The position numbers and the translations under genes were made by a program. Below the pieces are notes generated by a model. It did not search any database and was not told where the DNA came from. It saw only the letters and a list, made by a program, of their open reading frames with translations. From contig OZ243956.1 in assembly GCA_965214405.1 (NCBI GenBank), forward strand, positions 1,088,001-1,152,000: 64,000 nucleotides of DNA, read 5' to 3'. Within the stretch, counting starts at the first letter, position 1, and each line of letters begins with the position of its first letter. The DNA is from Trueperaceae bacterium. Lineage in GTDB: Bacteria; Deinococcota; Deinococci; Deinococcales; Trueperaceae. Positions 39,296 through 50,537 of this stretch are shown here, one piece after another.

Positions 39296-39814
39296 TTAGT
39301 CGTTATCGCCCGCGCCACCGGTCACGCCGCCGGTCATCTCGGGCGTTCCGAGCGTGGCGTCGCCCTCGGGCGTGACGTCACCCGTGAGCTGCTGGCCCAC
39401 CTGCGTGAGCAGCGACGCGAGAACCATAAGCTGGTCCGCCGTGTCGGAGTCGGCACCCTGAGCCGCCGCGCGCGTCTCCTCACCGAGCTGGCTGAGGAGC
39501 CCCGCCGCCGCAGTTGTGTCAACCGAATCCGCCTGCAACGCCTCACTGAGCTGCGCTAAGTTGTCAGCAATCATGGTGAGGTCTTCGCTACCCGCGGCGC
39601 GGAGCGTCTCTTCCCAACCGCGAATGTTCGAGAGCGCCGTGCTAAGCGGCACTTCGGCGATGCCCTCGTCGAAAAGCTCAATCGTCCCTTCAACGGTGGG
39701 CGCACCCCCGGTCATCCCGCCGGTCATCTCCATACCACCCGTCACGCCGCCCGTCTGCGCGAGCGCCCCGCTCACCACGCCCAGAAGTAAAACCGTAAAA
39801 ACCTTTTTAATCAT
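39296..39814 (-). CDS. Secreted acidic hypothetical protein with TGG repeats
   Basis: Signal peptide MIKK..GALA|Q; MTGG/VTGG repeats at both ends. Confidence 0.75.
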   Translation of the reverse strand: MIKKVFTVLLLGVVSGALAQTGGVTGGMEMTGGMTGGAPTVEGTIELFDEGIAEVPLSTALSNIRGWEETLRAAGSEDLTMIADNLAQLSEALQADSVDTTAAAGLLSQLGEETRAAAQGADSDTADQLMVLASLLTQVGQQLTGDVTPEGDATLGTPEMTGGVTGGAGDND

Positions 39815-40128
39815 CTCGCTTACTCCCTTAGTCAATGCTTCAGTCAAACGTAAAAACCGAGAAACCGCCGAATCCGCGCCTTACCCCCCTTCTTAGAAAC
39901 CTTCGTCGACTGTAAAACCTCGCCGAAAAGGTTGCTGTAAGGTGTAACGGATTTGCCAAGGCTCGAGCCCCAGCCTCTATACCGATTAAGACTCAGCCCA
40001 CGCACCGCTTTCACACACGTCTTTCACATGGGTAAGAAAGGCGTGAAAAAAGAGCTTTTGACGCTACTTTCCTTTCAGCACTCTCCACTCGACACTCGGT
40101 ATTTTATTTACTCATCACTAACCACTCA

Positions 40129-42435
40129 TTACTTCCCCACCTCAGCCTTCTCCGCTATAAAATCAGTCGCGGCGGAAGCGGAAAGAGGCTTGGCGAACAA
40201 GTAGCCCTGGCCGTACTCGCAGCCCAGCGCCTTGAGGTGCGCTAACTGCTCCGCCGTCTCAATGCCTTCGGCGGTCACCTTGAGATTCAAGTTTTTCGCC
40301 ATCACGGTGATGGTGCGGACCAGCTCGGCGCTCTCGGGACGCTCCGCCATCGCCTGGACGAACGAGCGGTCGATCTTGAGCATGTCGACGGGAAAGCGTT
40401 GCAGGTAGCTTAGCGACGAGTAGCCGGTGCCGAAGTCGTCGATGTGGAGCGCGATACCCAGCGCCTTGAGTTTTTCAAAGTTGGCGTTGGTCGACCCCAT
40501 CAGCACGCTCTCGGTCAGCTCGAGCTTGAGGCTGCGGGGGTCGAAGCCGGTGTCTTGGAGGATGTCGCTCACCCTCTCAACCAGGTCGGCGCGCGCGAAG
40601 CCCTGACCCGACACGTTGACGCTTAAAGAGAGGGGCGGCAGGGCCGGGAACGCGTCCTGCCACCTTTTCACCTGGCCGCAGGCCTCACGCAAGACCCAGC
40701 GGTCGAGCTCAACGATCAGGCCCGCTTCTTCGGCGATGGGGATAAATTCGGCGGGCGAGACGAAGCCGTGCGTGGGATGCGTCCAGCGCGTGAGCGCCTC
40801 GAAACCGACCGGCAGCCCCGTCTCGACTGAGACGATGGGCTGGTAATGGACCTCCAGTTCGCCCTTACGGAGCGCGACGCGCAGGTCGTTCTCGAGCGTG
40901 AGGAGCGACGCGGCCCGCGCGCGCATCTCGCGCGTGAATATTTGGTAGCCCGCCCGGCCCAGCGCCTTGGCGCGGTACATGGCGATGTCGGCGTCGCGCA
41001 AGACGTCCTCGGGGCGGCTGTGGCCGATCTCACACGAGACGATGCCGATGCTCGCGCTGCTGTGAAGCGTGTGGCCTGCCAGAACGAAAGGGGCGCTGAG
41101 CGCCTTTTGAACGCGTTCGGCGGTGCGGACGGCCCCCTCGAGAGAATCCAAATCCTCTAACAGAACGGTAAATTCGTCGCCGCCGAGCCGGGCCACCGTA
41201 TCGCCGGGGCGGACGCAGCCCCTGAGCCTTTTGGAAAGCTCCACCAGGAGCGCGTCACCGACGGTGTGGCCGAGCGAATCGTTGACGAGTTTGAAACGGT
41301 CGAAGTCCAAAAAGAGCACCGCGAAACCGCCCTTGCCCCCGCGCTTGTTGCGCTCTATGGCGACGCCCAGGCGGTCCATAAAGAGCGCGCGGTTCGCCAA
41401 ACCGGTGAGTTCGTCGTGAAAGGCGTCGTGGAGGAGTTTTTCGTTGGCGCGCTCGAGTTCGGCCTTGGCTTTTTCCAAGGCCGCGGTGCGTTCAAGGACC
41501 TGCCGCTCGAGTTCGCGCTGCGCCTCTTTGCGCTCGCGCTCGAGGTGTTTACGGTCGCTCACGTCTCTAAGATAGACCGACACGCCTTCTTGGGCGGGAT
41601 AGAGGTGCGTTTCAAACCAGCTGTCGGTCGGTGGGTAATATTCTTCAAAGGTGACCGGGCGAGCTTCGGAGGCGGCCTCTAAACATTTTTGGTGAAAACG
41701 GTAGCCCACCATCTCCGGAAACGCATCCCAAACGTTTACTCCCAAAAGCTCCCCCCGCGGACGGCCGAAAAAGTTTTCCGCCTGCACGTTGATGTAGGTA
41801 AAGCGCCAGGCGGCGTCGAGCGAGAAAAAAATGTCGCTCACGCTCTCCAAAATATTGACGATGCGGCGCGAGGAGCGCGCGAGTTCGTCCCCAACCCTTT
41901 TGCGCTCGGTCACGTCGCGGCCGTAGCCGAGGACGGCCTCGAGCTCGCCCGCGGGCGAAAAGAGCGGCATCATGTTGCGCCAGTGGTGCCGCGTGTTGCC
42001 GCGGGCGTCCACGAACGTTTCTTCCCAACTCACCGGCCCCCGCTTCTCCACCGCCTCTTCAAAGCGCGCCCAGCGCTTTTGCGCGACTTCCACTTTGAAG
42101 CCGCGGTACTCGCAGTATTCAAAGTCGTTTTTGCCAATGATCCAAGCCCGAATCGCGCCGTTTTTGATGGCCTCGGGGTTGCAGTAGAGGTAGCGGTGGT
42201 CCGCGCCCAGAACGGCGATTTCGATGGGGACGTTGTTGAGGACGGACGCGTACAAGGCGGTGCGCTCCTGCGCCTCCCGGACATGCACGCGATTTGCGAG
42301 GTCGGAGACGATGTCGGCGAGAGAAATCCCCAGGGCGTCCGCGCCGGGAGACTGGGGCGTGAGGGGCTGGGGCGTGAGGGGCTGGGACGCAAGGGGCTGG
42401 GGCGCGGGGGTGGGGATCGGGAACGCGTCGTCCAT
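40129..42435 (-). CDS. PAS-PAS-GGDEF-EAL c-di-GMP signalling protein
   Basis: Two PAS/PAC segments, HDELTGLANR, RLGGDEF, GFEALTRW, DDFGTGYSSL, EGIE. Confidence 0.95.
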   Translation of the reverse strand: MDDAFPIPTPAPQPLASQPLTPQPLTPQSPGADALGISLADIVSDLANRVHVREAQERTALYASVLNNVPIEIAVLGADHRYLYCNPEAIKNGAIRAWIIGKNDFEYCEYRGFKVEVAQKRWARFEEAVEKRGPVSWEETFVDARGNTRHHWRNMMPLFSPAGELEAVLGYGRDVTERKRVGDELARSSRRIVNILESVSDIFFSLDAAWRFTYINVQAENFFGRPRGELLGVNVWDAFPEMVGYRFHQKCLEAASEARPVTFEEYYPPTDSWFETHLYPAQEGVSVYLRDVSDRKHLERERKEAQRELERQVLERTAALEKAKAELERANEKLLHDAFHDELTGLANRALFMDRLGVAIERNKRGGKGGFAVLFLDFDRFKLVNDSLGHTVGDALLVELSKRLRGCVRPGDTVARLGGDEFTVLLEDLDSLEGAVRTAERVQKALSAPFVLAGHTLHSSASIGIVSCEIGHSRPEDVLRDADIAMYRAKALGRAGYQIFTREMRARAASLLTLENDLRVALRKGELEVHYQPIVSVETGLPVGFEALTRWTHPTHGFVSPAEFIPIAEEAGLIVELDRWVLREACGQVKRWQDAFPALPPLSLSVNVSGQGFARADLVERVSDILQDTGFDPRSLKLELTESVLMGSTNANFEKLKALGIALHIDDFGTGYSSLSYLQRFPVDMLKIDRSFVQAMAERPESAELVRTITVMAKNLNLKVTAEGIETAEQLAHLKALGCEYGQGYLFAKPLSASAATDFIAEKAEVGK

Positions 42436-42738
42436 ATGGTTTTGAGCTTACAAAAGGCTTTGTCACGAGAAACTGACGGTATCTCTTAAACGGTCGTTTG
42501 ATAAGTTTCTCACCCGCCACCCCGCCGGGTTGTGCATATTTTCTCGTTTGGCTCGAGCCCACTTGCAGAGTTCTGAAGAACCGACCAGGGATTTGGTCAC
42601 GGGTTGGTGCTGTTAAAGACAAACTGATGAGGTCTGCTTGAACAGAAGACGTCTCATTGCCACTCCCTTGACCATCTTGCTTTTGGTTTTTTATTCATGA
42701 TAGCCTCACTGTGGAAAAACTCACATCTGGAGGCTCCT

Positions 42739-43410
42739 GTGAAAAACCGTTTTGCTTACCCTGGAATTTGTATTGGTGTTGCGTTAGTGCTCCTCGCGGG
42801 CTGCGCGCCGGGCGTGTCGTCGCAAGTGCAGGAGGTGCCCAACCTGCCCGCTTACGACGGACCCAGAGCGTCTATCGTGCTGGGCTCGTTCGACTGCAGC
42901 GCCGCGAACTGTTTTCAGGGTATCGGCGAAGGCATGGCCGACGCGATGGTCACCGCGTTGGTGCAGTCCAGCCGCTTTCAGGTGGTCGAGGCCTCGGGAA
43001 ATCTAGGAACTTTGGAAGACGAACTCAACGTAACCGGCGAAGCGGGCGCGTTTGAGGGTGCCGACCTCGCGTTGGTGGGCTCTGTGACGCAGTTCGAGCC
43101 CAACGCAGGGGGTACGTCGAGCCGGGGGGGCGTGCTCAACCTGTTCGGCGGCGCCGCCGCCAATCGGGCAAGCGCGGCCATCGACTTGCGCGTGGTCGAC
43201 GTGAGAACCCGCACCATCGTCGCCGTCACCAGGGTCACGGGCGAAGCGACGAGCGTCGGGCTTGAGGGTGGGGCTCGAGCCTTTGGCCTGGGGAGCGGCG
43301 CGCTCAGCACCTACGAAAACACGCCGATGGAAACCGCGATTCAGGACATGATTTATACTGCTGTGATCGAACTGGGTAATAAGATTCCGCAAGAATATTA
43401 TCGGTACTAA
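42739..43410 (+). CDS. CsgG/HfaB-family lipoprotein
   Basis: Lipobox LAGC; GMADAMVTALVQSSRFQVVE, GSVTQF, IDLRVVDV. Confidence 0.8.
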   Translation: MKNRFAYPGICIGVALVLLAGCAPGVSSQVQEVPNLPAYDGPRASIVLGSFDCSAANCFQGIGEGMADAMVTALVQSSRFQVVEASGNLGTLEDELNVTGEAGAFEGADLALVGSVTQFEPNAGGTSSRGGVLNLFGGAAANRASAAIDLRVVDVRTRTIVAVTRVTGEATSVGLEGGARAFGLGSGALSTYENTPMETAIQDMIYTAVIELGNKIPQEYYRY

Positions 43411-43435
43411 AGAACAAGCGCAAACCTCACCTTAG

Positions 43436-43474
43436 ACACCTCGCTTAAAGCTCGAGCGAGGTGTTTTTGTTTTT
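43436..43474 (+). terminator. Intrinsic terminator
   Basis: ACACCTCGCT-N9-AGCGAGGTGT followed by TTTTGTTTTT. Confidence 0.8.
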
Positions 43475-43567
43475 ACAAAAGCTTACAGACGTTGGCGACG
43501 AGAAGCGTACTTACACCACGCCTGACAATCCCTTAATCTTTAGTCCTCGGCTGGTAAAGTAACGCTC

Positions 43568-44521
43568 ATGACCGAGCTGGACGCCTGGGGCGCGACTTTA
43601 ACGAGGGTGATCAACCCCGACAGCCTCAGCGGCGCGCTCATCTACCTGGTGCTCTCTATAGTCTTTGCCGTCGTGGCGAACCGGGCGCTACGCACGTTTG
43701 TACGGCTGTCGCTAAAACGCGATGTGCGGGGCCGCATCGACCGCACCGCGCTCGGGTTTTTGCAGCAGCTCGGCGGCATCTTCATCTGGGTTTTCGCGCT
43801 GGTCCTTTACGCGCACCTCATCCCGCCGCTCCGCACGCTCGGCACGGCGCTCTTGGCGGGCGTCAGCGTCGTCTCGGTCGTGATCGGGCTGGCGGCGCAG
43901 AACACGCTGGGCAACCTCGTGGCGGGGCTGGCGCTCCTCATCTACCGCCCTTTTGAGGTCGGCGATAAGATTCAAGTCACCGCGCCCACAGGCTTGGAAA
44001 CGGGCACGGTCGAGAGCATCTCGCTCGGCTACACGATTTTAGCGACTTCCGACCATCGCCGCGTCGTGCTCTCGAACAGCACCATCGCCAACCAGACGAC
44101 CGTCAACCTTACAGACGCCGACCCCAAGGTGACGGCGGAGGTGCCCATCAGCGTCGCGTACGGGGCCGATATCGACCGGGCGCGGGCCGTGATTCTCGAG
44201 CTGGCCCACCTCGCCGTCCGCTTCCCTGTTCACGCTCCCGTTTACCCCCACACGCATTCGGACGCCAACGCGGGCGTGGACTGCCCGGTGGTCGCGCTAA
44301 GCGACAAAGGCGTAGACTTCCTTTTGCGCGCCCCCTGCGCGAACGCGGACGCGGCTATTGCATTTAGGGCCGAGGTGCTCGAGGGGGTCAAGAAACGTTT
44401 TGACGAGGAGGGAATCGAGATGCCTTACACCTATACCAAAGTAACCCTGGAAGAAGAGCGCACTGCGCGGGCTTCGGCGACAGAAGGACGTACAGAAGCG
44501 TCCGTGAAAAATGAAGCGTAA
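43568..44521 (+). CDS. Small-conductance mechanosensitive channel (MscS family)
   Basis: IGLAAQNTLGNLVAG, RPFEVGDKI, GIEMPY. Confidence 0.9.
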   Translation: MTELDAWGATLTRVINPDSLSGALIYLVLSIVFAVVANRALRTFVRLSLKRDVRGRIDRTALGFLQQLGGIFIWVFALVLYAHLIPPLRTLGTALLAGVSVVSVVIGLAAQNTLGNLVAGLALLIYRPFEVGDKIQVTAPTGLETGTVESISLGYTILATSDHRRVVLSNSTIANQTTVNLTDADPKVTAEVPISVAYGADIDRARAVILELAHLAVRFPVHAPVYPHTHSDANAGVDCPVVALSDKGVDFLLRAPCANADAAIAFRAEVLEGVKKRFDEEGIEMPYTYTKVTLEEERTARASATEGRTEASVKNEA

Positions 44522-45350
44522 GCTCGCGCTCGGCGCGCTCGCGTTGGCGGGGGGCGCGCTTATCCTCCGCGCAGCGCTGAGGACGCCTTCGAGCGCGCGC
44601 AACTGGGACCCCGACGTGGCCCGGACGCCGCAGGCGGAGTTTGCGGGCGACACGCTCACGCTGCGTAACGTCCGCAACACCCGCTACGGGCTGTCCGGCA
44701 CGCCCTACGACGTTGTCTGGGAAGACCGCACCTACGACCTCAGCACCTTAAAGCGCCTTTGGTTCATCGTCGAACCCTTTCACCCGACCTTAAAGGTTAT
44801 CGCCCACACTTTTCTAAGTTTTGAATTTGGGGATGACTTTTTGGCGCTCTCCATTGAGGCGCGGCTCGAGCGGGGGGAACCCTATTCCATCGTTAAAGGT
44901 CTCATGAACGCGTTCGAACTTGTCTACACCGTCGGCACTGAACGCGACTTCATCGTGAGGCGCGCGCTGTATAGGGAGCACGCGCTCTACCTCTACCCGC
45001 TCGTGACAAAGCCCCACGAGGTGCGGTCTACGCTGCGGGAGATGCTTCAGACCGCCAACGACCTGCGCGTGAAGCCGCGCTTCTACAACTCGATTACGGA
45101 CAACTGCACCAGCGCGCTGCGCAAACACGCCAACCGGGTGCGCCCCGGCTCCTTCCCCGCGTTCGTTTTGGCCGACGTGTTGCCGGGGCTCTCGGACGAG
45201 GTTCTTTATCACAAAGGTTGGATAGACACAGCCGTTCCCCTGAGCGCGCTGCGCGACGCCTACAACGTCAAGGAGAGGGTCGCGGCGTGCGCCGAGAGGC
45301 TCGAGCCCGACTTTTCGCGCTGCATCCGCTGGGACCTGCCGACGCGGTGA
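44511..45350 (+). CDS. DUF4105 / Lnb-like domain protein
   Basis: AHTFLSF, SIEAR, FYNSITDNCT. Confidence 0.78.
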   Translation: MKRKLALGALALAGGALILRAALRTPSSARNWDPDVARTPQAEFAGDTLTLRNVRNTRYGLSGTPYDVVWEDRTYDLSTLKRLWFIVEPFHPTLKVIAHTFLSFEFGDDFLALSIEARLERGEPYSIVKGLMNAFELVYTVGTERDFIVRRALYREHALYLYPLVTKPHEVRSTLREMLQTANDLRVKPRFYNSITDNCTSALRKHANRVRPGSFPAFVLADVLPGLSDEVLYHKGWIDTAVPLSALRDAYNVKERVAACAERLEPDFSRCIRWDLPTR

Positions 45351-45528
45351 GGGTGCGTTCCTCCCAGAGTTGACACCGCAACTCGTCTCAGAAAGCTTCA
45401 AGGCTCTAAAGCTTTGGTTCGCCTCGAGTCCCAAGTCTTCACCCCAATCTTTACCCAACGTTTACGGCGGCCCGTAACCTCAGCCGCCGTAAACGTTGTG
45501 CAATAAACCGTGGGTCCCGTCCTTTACG

Positions 45529-47691
45529 TTAACGAATAAACAGCATCTCCTGGTACGTCGGCAGCGACCACAGGTCGTCGGCCACCACGGCCTCGAGCGC
45601 GTCGGCGGCTTCGCGCACCCGGCCCATCGCGGGCAACACCTTGTCGCGGGCAGCTTTAGCGCCGTCAAGCCCTTCGCCCACGTTTTTCTTGACACATTCC
45701 AGTTCGGCGGTGCTGTCTTGCAGCATCTTGACGAGGTGAGTTACCTTGTCGAGCGTGTCGGTATCAAACTCGTAGCCGATGGCTTTGAGGTGTGCGCAAG
45801 TCTGGGCAAGTTCGCCCTGGTAGCGGACCGCCGCCGGGAAGATGATGGTCTTTGCCATTTCGACGACCATGTTCGACTCTAGGTTGATGGTCTTGGTGTA
45901 CTGCTCGAGCGACACCTCATACAGGCTCTCCAACTCGTGCTCGCTCAGCACGCCGTATTTGCCAAACAACTCGACGCTGTCCTCGGCGACAAAGGCGGGC
46001 AGCGCGTCGGGCGTCGTTTTGAGGTTGGGCAGCCCGCGCGCCGCGGCTTCCTCGTGCCAGGCTTGTGAATAGCCGTCGCCGTTAAAAATCACGTCGCCGT
46101 GTTCGGTGATGATCTCTTTGAGGAGCGCCTGGAGCGCCGCGTTAAAGTCTTGCGCGCCCTCGAGCTTGTTAGCGATAAAGTCGAGCGACTCCGCCAAGAT
46201 GGTGTTGACGACCGTGACGGGCAGCGCGATGGACTGGCTCGAGCCCACCGCGCGGAACTCGAACTTGTTGCCCGTAAACGCGAAGGGGCTCGTGCGGTTG
46301 CGGTCGCCCGCGTGTCTGGGCAGGGGCGGCAGGGTGTCGACCCCGATATTGAGCGTGCCCGAGGGTTTCGAAGTTTTCGCGCCGCCGTTCGCCTTGATTT
46401 GCTCGAACACGTCGGTCAACTGGTCGCCCAAAAATATAGACAGAATGGCGGGCGGCGCTTCGTTGGCCCCCAAACGGTGGTCGTTGCTCGCCGAGGCGAT
46501 GGACGCGCGCAGCAGCGGCGCGTACTTGTGAACCGCGCGAATCACGGCGGCGCAGAAGGTTAAAAACTGCGCGTTGTCGTGGGGGGTCTCGCCGGGCTCG
46601 AGCAAATTTCCCTGCGTCGCGTTGCCCAAAGACATGTTGACGTGTTTGCCGTTGCCGTTCACACCCGCGAAAGGTTTTTCGTGGAGCAAGCAGGCGAAAC
46701 CGTACTTGCCCGCGACCTTTTGCAGCACGGTCATGATGACCTGCTGGTGGTCGGCGGCGACGTTGGCGTTTTCAAACACCGGCGCAAGCTCAAACTGGGC
46801 CGGGGCCACCTCGTTGTGGCGCGTCTTGACGGGCACGCCGAGCTTGAAGAGTTCGCGCTCGACCGCGTACATGCAGGCCTGGACGCGTTCGTTGATGGCC
46901 CCGAAGTAGTGGTCGTCCAACTCCTGGCCCTTGGGGGGCGGCGCGCCGAGCAGGGTGCGGCCCGCATTGAGCAGGTCGGGACGCGCCAAGTAAAAGTTGC
47001 TGTCGACCAGAAAATACTCTTGCTCCGCGCCCGCCGTCGCCGTGACCAAGGCTATATTTTGGTGACCAAACAGCTTGAGGACCCTTTTGGCCTGCTTATC
47101 TAAAGCCTTCATCGACCGCAGCAGCGGCGTCTTTTTGTCCAGCGCCTCCCCCGTCCAGGACACGAAAGCCGAGGGAATGGTCAAGGTTAGGCCGTTGGGG
47201 TTCTCGACCAGGTAAGCGGGGCTGGTTACGTCCCAGGCGGTGTAGCCGCGCGCCTCGTGGGTCTGGCGGATGCCGCCGGTCGGGAAGCTCGAGCCGTCGG
47301 GTTCTTGCTGAATAAGCGTCGCCCCCGTAAATTCCGATATCGTCCCGCCTTCAGAAGTCGGCGAAAAAAAGCTGTCGTTCTTCTCGGCGGTGAGTCCCGT
47401 GAGCGGATAAAAAATGTGCCCGTAGTGCGTGGCCCCCTTTTCGGTCGCCCACGCCTTCATCGCCGAGGCGATGGCGTCCGCTGTGGTGATGTCCAGCGCC
47501 TGCCCCTCCTTAATAGTGCGCTGCAACGACCTAAACACGTCGAGGGGCAAGCGCTCTTTCATCACCGCCTGGCTGAATACGTGGCTAGCGAACAGCCCCC
47601 CCGTGGGATGCGTGACGTAATCAATGGCCTCGGGCAGTCTGTAGGTAATGGTCTCGGCAACGGCTCGGGTGCGTACGGCGTTTCCACTCAT
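45529..47691 (-). CDS. glnA: Glutamine synthetase type III
   Basis: [76 protein letters not shown]; 720 aa. Confidence 0.95.
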   Translation of the reverse strand: MSGNAVRTRAVAETITYRLPEAIDYVTHPTGGLFASHVFSQAVMKERLPLDVFRSLQRTIKEGQALDITTADAIASAMKAWATEKGATHYGHIFYPLTGLTAEKNDSFFSPTSEGGTISEFTGATLIQQEPDGSSFPTGGIRQTHEARGYTAWDVTSPAYLVENPNGLTLTIPSAFVSWTGEALDKKTPLLRSMKALDKQAKRVLKLFGHQNIALVTATAGAEQEYFLVDSNFYLARPDLLNAGRTLLGAPPPKGQELDDHYFGAINERVQACMYAVERELFKLGVPVKTRHNEVAPAQFELAPVFENANVAADHQQVIMTVLQKVAGKYGFACLLHEKPFAGVNGNGKHVNMSLGNATQGNLLEPGETPHDNAQFLTFCAAVIRAVHKYAPLLRASIASASNDHRLGANEAPPAILSIFLGDQLTDVFEQIKANGGAKTSKPSGTLNIGVDTLPPLPRHAGDRNRTSPFAFTGNKFEFRAVGSSQSIALPVTVVNTILAESLDFIANKLEGAQDFNAALQALLKEIITEHGDVIFNGDGYSQAWHEEAAARGLPNLKTTPDALPAFVAEDSVELFGKYGVLSEHELESLYEVSLEQYTKTINLESNMVVEMAKTIIFPAAVRYQGELAQTCAHLKAIGYEFDTDTLDKVTHLVKMLQDSTAELECVKKNVGEGLDGAKAARDKVLPAMGRVREAADALEAVVADDLWSLPTYQEMLFIR

Positions 47692-47847
47692 AGGGTCGGT
47701 CCTTTCGGGAATGCGTTTTAACGTCTAGTTAATGTTTAGGTCTGTCTGGGAGAAGTCTCGAGGGTCCACATGAAAGAAAGTAGGAGCAGGAAGCAAGGCG
47801 ATTGGGAAGCGCGGGTAGAGAGATTGAGGCCCGGCCCCGATGAAAAG

Positions 47848-47877
47848 AGTATAAAAAGTATACAGAGCATCTGTCAA
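47848..47877 (-). promoter_or_regulatory. Sigma70-type promoter for GSIII
   Basis: Minus strand TTGACA-N18-TATACT about 155 bp upstream of the ATG. Confidence 0.65.
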
Positions 47878-48066
47878 GAAATTCAGTGGTGTTTTGCTAT
47901 TAGCGTGCGACAACTCCTGCCTTTATCCAAGCTTCCTTGCAAGCTGTAACTTTTAGTGAGGCCGTTTGGCACGTTTCCAGTTTACGCTTTGTAATTCGTC
48001 TGCAAGCCATTCGAGGGTACAGAAACCCCTACACACCATCATGGGGTGGATTCGAACAGCGCAAAT

Positions 48067-48094
48067 GTAAAGCAGGGTGTACACCCTGCTTTAC
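48067..48094. repeat. Perfect 28-bp palindrome
   Basis: GTAAAGCAGGGTGTACACCCTGCTTTAC equals its own reverse complement. Confidence 0.9.
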
Positions 48095-48198
48095 GCAACC
48101 TTCTTTGTGAGGCGTTGTGTTTCCTCGAGAGCCGGTTTAGCTTTGTTATCTCTGTAAAGTCATACGCTTCGTTAATCAAGGTTCATGGGAGAGTTCAT

Positions 48199-49059
48199 TC
48201 AAGAGGTAAACAGCGGTTCCATCTGCCGCTCTCTAAAAACGGCGGCTATGTCCTCGTCGGTGACGGCCCCGGTAAAGCGCTCGGCTGCGTCCAGCACTTT
48301 TGGCAAGACGTGGATGTCGCCGACCGTGTTTAAGAAGACGCCCTCTCGGTCTAGGACCCAGTGGACGGCTTTGTCAATGTCGCTTTGTTCCTCCAGAGGC
48401 TCGTACCAGGTGGCCCGCGTCGGCGCTTTGTCGCCCCAGGGAGCCCTGGTGATGGCCTTGATCGTTTGAACCGCCACATTGCGCTCCCTACACACGGCGA
48501 ACAAAGCTTCAAAGTCGGCGGCGTATTCGGGTGACTGCATCATGACGAAGCTGTAAGGCAGCAACACGGAGTCGAAGTCGTAGCGTTCCAAGCTTTGCAG
48601 GTGCCGTTTAGCCACGGTAAGCCCGTGTCCGGTCACGCCGATATAGCTTACTAAGCCTTCCGCTTTGGCTTCGGCGGCGGCCTCTAACGCGCCCCCGTCA
48701 CCCAGCGCCGTCTCCCACTCTTGCGGGTCGACGAGGTTGTGCAACTGGAGGAGGTCGACGTGGTCGACCCCTAGCCGCTCCAAAGAGCGGTGGATTTCGT
48801 CTTTGGCCGCCCTGTAGCCGCGCTCCCCCGTTTTGGTCGCCAGAAAAAAGTCCTTGCGGTGCGTTTTCATCCAGGGGGCGAGCCGCAGCTCGGCGTCGCC
48901 GTAGCTCGCCGCCACGTCGATGTGGTTTAGGCGGTGCTCGAGCACCCGTTCCATCGTCCGGTCGGCCTCAGCCTGGGTGACCTTGCTGAGGGCCGCCGCG
49001 CCGAAAATCGTGCGCGTGCTGAGGTGTCCGGTGCGGCCAAAGGGCAGTGTGGCTATCAT
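48199..49059 (-). CDS. Aldo/keto reductase
   Basis: [29 protein letters not shown]. Confidence 0.9.
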   Translation of the reverse strand: MIATLPFGRTGHLSTRTIFGAAALSKVTQAEADRTMERVLEHRLNHIDVAASYGDAELRLAPWMKTHRKDFFLATKTGERGYRAAKDEIHRSLERLGVDHVDLLQLHNLVDPQEWETALGDGGALEAAAEAKAEGLVSYIGVTGHGLTVAKRHLQSLERYDFDSVLLPYSFVMMQSPEYAADFEALFAVCRERNVAVQTIKAITRAPWGDKAPTRATWYEPLEEQSDIDKAVHWVLDREGVFLNTVGDIHVLPKVLDAAERFTGAVTDEDIAAVFRERQMEPLFTS

Positions 49060-49234
49060 AGTTTCTCCTCTTTTATCATGGGCATTATACAGGAAGCTAT
49101 CGAATGCGCTTCTGCTTTAGTAAAAAAGTATCGAGTACCGGGTACCGAGTTGAGAGTCTTCTCGGGCCTCGGTACTCATCTCTCTGAACGCTCCCAAAGA
49201 GACTTGAGAATAAAAGCCTGAAATCTCAAAGCAG

Positions 49235-50242
49235 TCAGCGCCGCTGTTGTGCCCCCGCGATAAAATCATAGGGGTAGGGCAGGCTAATCTCGCTGGCTTC
49301 GTTCAGCGTGTCCATCTGCTCATTCGTGAGGGACCAGCCGGACGCGCCCAGATTGCTGCTGAGCTGCGCTCCGTTTCTGGCCCCGATGATGGGCGCGGTG
49401 ACCGCCGGTTGTTGTACCAGCCAGCGCAGCGCGACTTGGGCGGGATGCTTGTCGGCGTCTTCGGCGACACCGTGCAGCGCGTCCAACACGCCCCAGGTGT
49501 ATTCATTATTGTAGGCGCTCCACGACTCGCCCCAGCCCTCCTCTTCAGCCTTTTTCACACGGCTGTCTTCGGGTGGCGCGCTCATGCCGCGCTTAAGCTT
49601 GCCGCTTAGCCAGCCGCCTCTTAATGGACTCCAGGGAATCACGCCGATACCTTCGGCTTCGCACAAAGGAATCAGTTCCCACTCGGTCGAGCGGCACAGC
49701 AGGTTGTACTGCGGCTGCAAGCAGGTAAAGGCCTCTAAGCCTAAGCGCTTACTCAGCGAAATCGCCTTTTGGAGCTGCCAGCCCGTAAAGTTGCTTGCAC
49801 CGATGTAGCGCACCAGCCCGCGCCTTACCAGGTCGTTGAGGGTGGTCAGCGTTTCCTCTAAGGGCGTCTTCTCGTCCCAGCAATGCACCTGATAGAGGTC
49901 GATGTAGTCGGTTTTGAGGCGTTTAAGGCTCGCTTCAACGCCCGCCATAATGTGCTTACGGCTGAGTCCCGCCTCGTTGGGGCCGTCCCCCATAGGAAAG
50001 CGCACTTTGGTCGCAATGACAAAATCATCCCGCTTTTGTTTGGCTAACCACGCGCCCGTGACCTCTTCGGAGACGCCCTGCGAGTAAACGTCCGCGGTGT
50101 CGATAAAGGTGCCGCCCGCCTCCACAAACATGTCCAACATCTTGTGACTTAGCGCCTCGTCGGCTTCACGCCCAAAGGTCATCGCGCCCAAACAAAGCTC
50201 GCTGACCCTCAGACCCGTTTTGCCCATGAATTTGTAGTCCAT
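49235..50242 (-). CDS. Aldo/keto reductase
   Basis: [34 protein letters not shown]. Confidence 0.93.
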   Translation of the reverse strand: MDYKFMGKTGLRVSELCLGAMTFGREADEALSHKMLDMFVEAGGTFIDTADVYSQGVSEEVTGAWLAKQKRDDFVIATKVRFPMGDGPNEAGLSRKHIMAGVEASLKRLKTDYIDLYQVHCWDEKTPLEETLTTLNDLVRRGLVRYIGASNFTGWQLQKAISLSKRLGLEAFTCLQPQYNLLCRSTEWELIPLCEAEGIGVIPWSPLRGGWLSGKLKRGMSAPPEDSRVKKAEEEGWGESWSAYNNEYTWGVLDALHGVAEDADKHPAQVALRWLVQQPAVTAPIIGARNGAQLSSNLGASGWSLTNEQMDTLNEASEISLPYPYDFIAGAQQRR

Positions 50243-50537
50243 GATTTGCCCCTTCTAGAGATTTGAGAAGGAAGAACATGGAATGTCCCCTCCATTCTCT
50301 CTTCTGCCTTCTCTATTTTCTACGCTACTCCCGAACCCTCCAAAAGCAACTTCGTAAGATGAGCGCCCTCGTCCGCCTCACTCGCAGCTCCCACGCTCCG
50401 CCTCGAGCCTTGGGGACGAGGGACGCCCCAAACACCCGCACGTCACAATTGCTCGTTTCTTACTCTTTGCTCCTCGCTTCTCTCACCATAACAGAATCCG
50501 ACTTAGCCACGTCCATAACGTCCCCGGAACCCCGCCC

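Noticed and set aside
48036..48060. tRNA-like GGATTCGAAC sequence
   Set aside because: No cloverleaf or CCA context around it.
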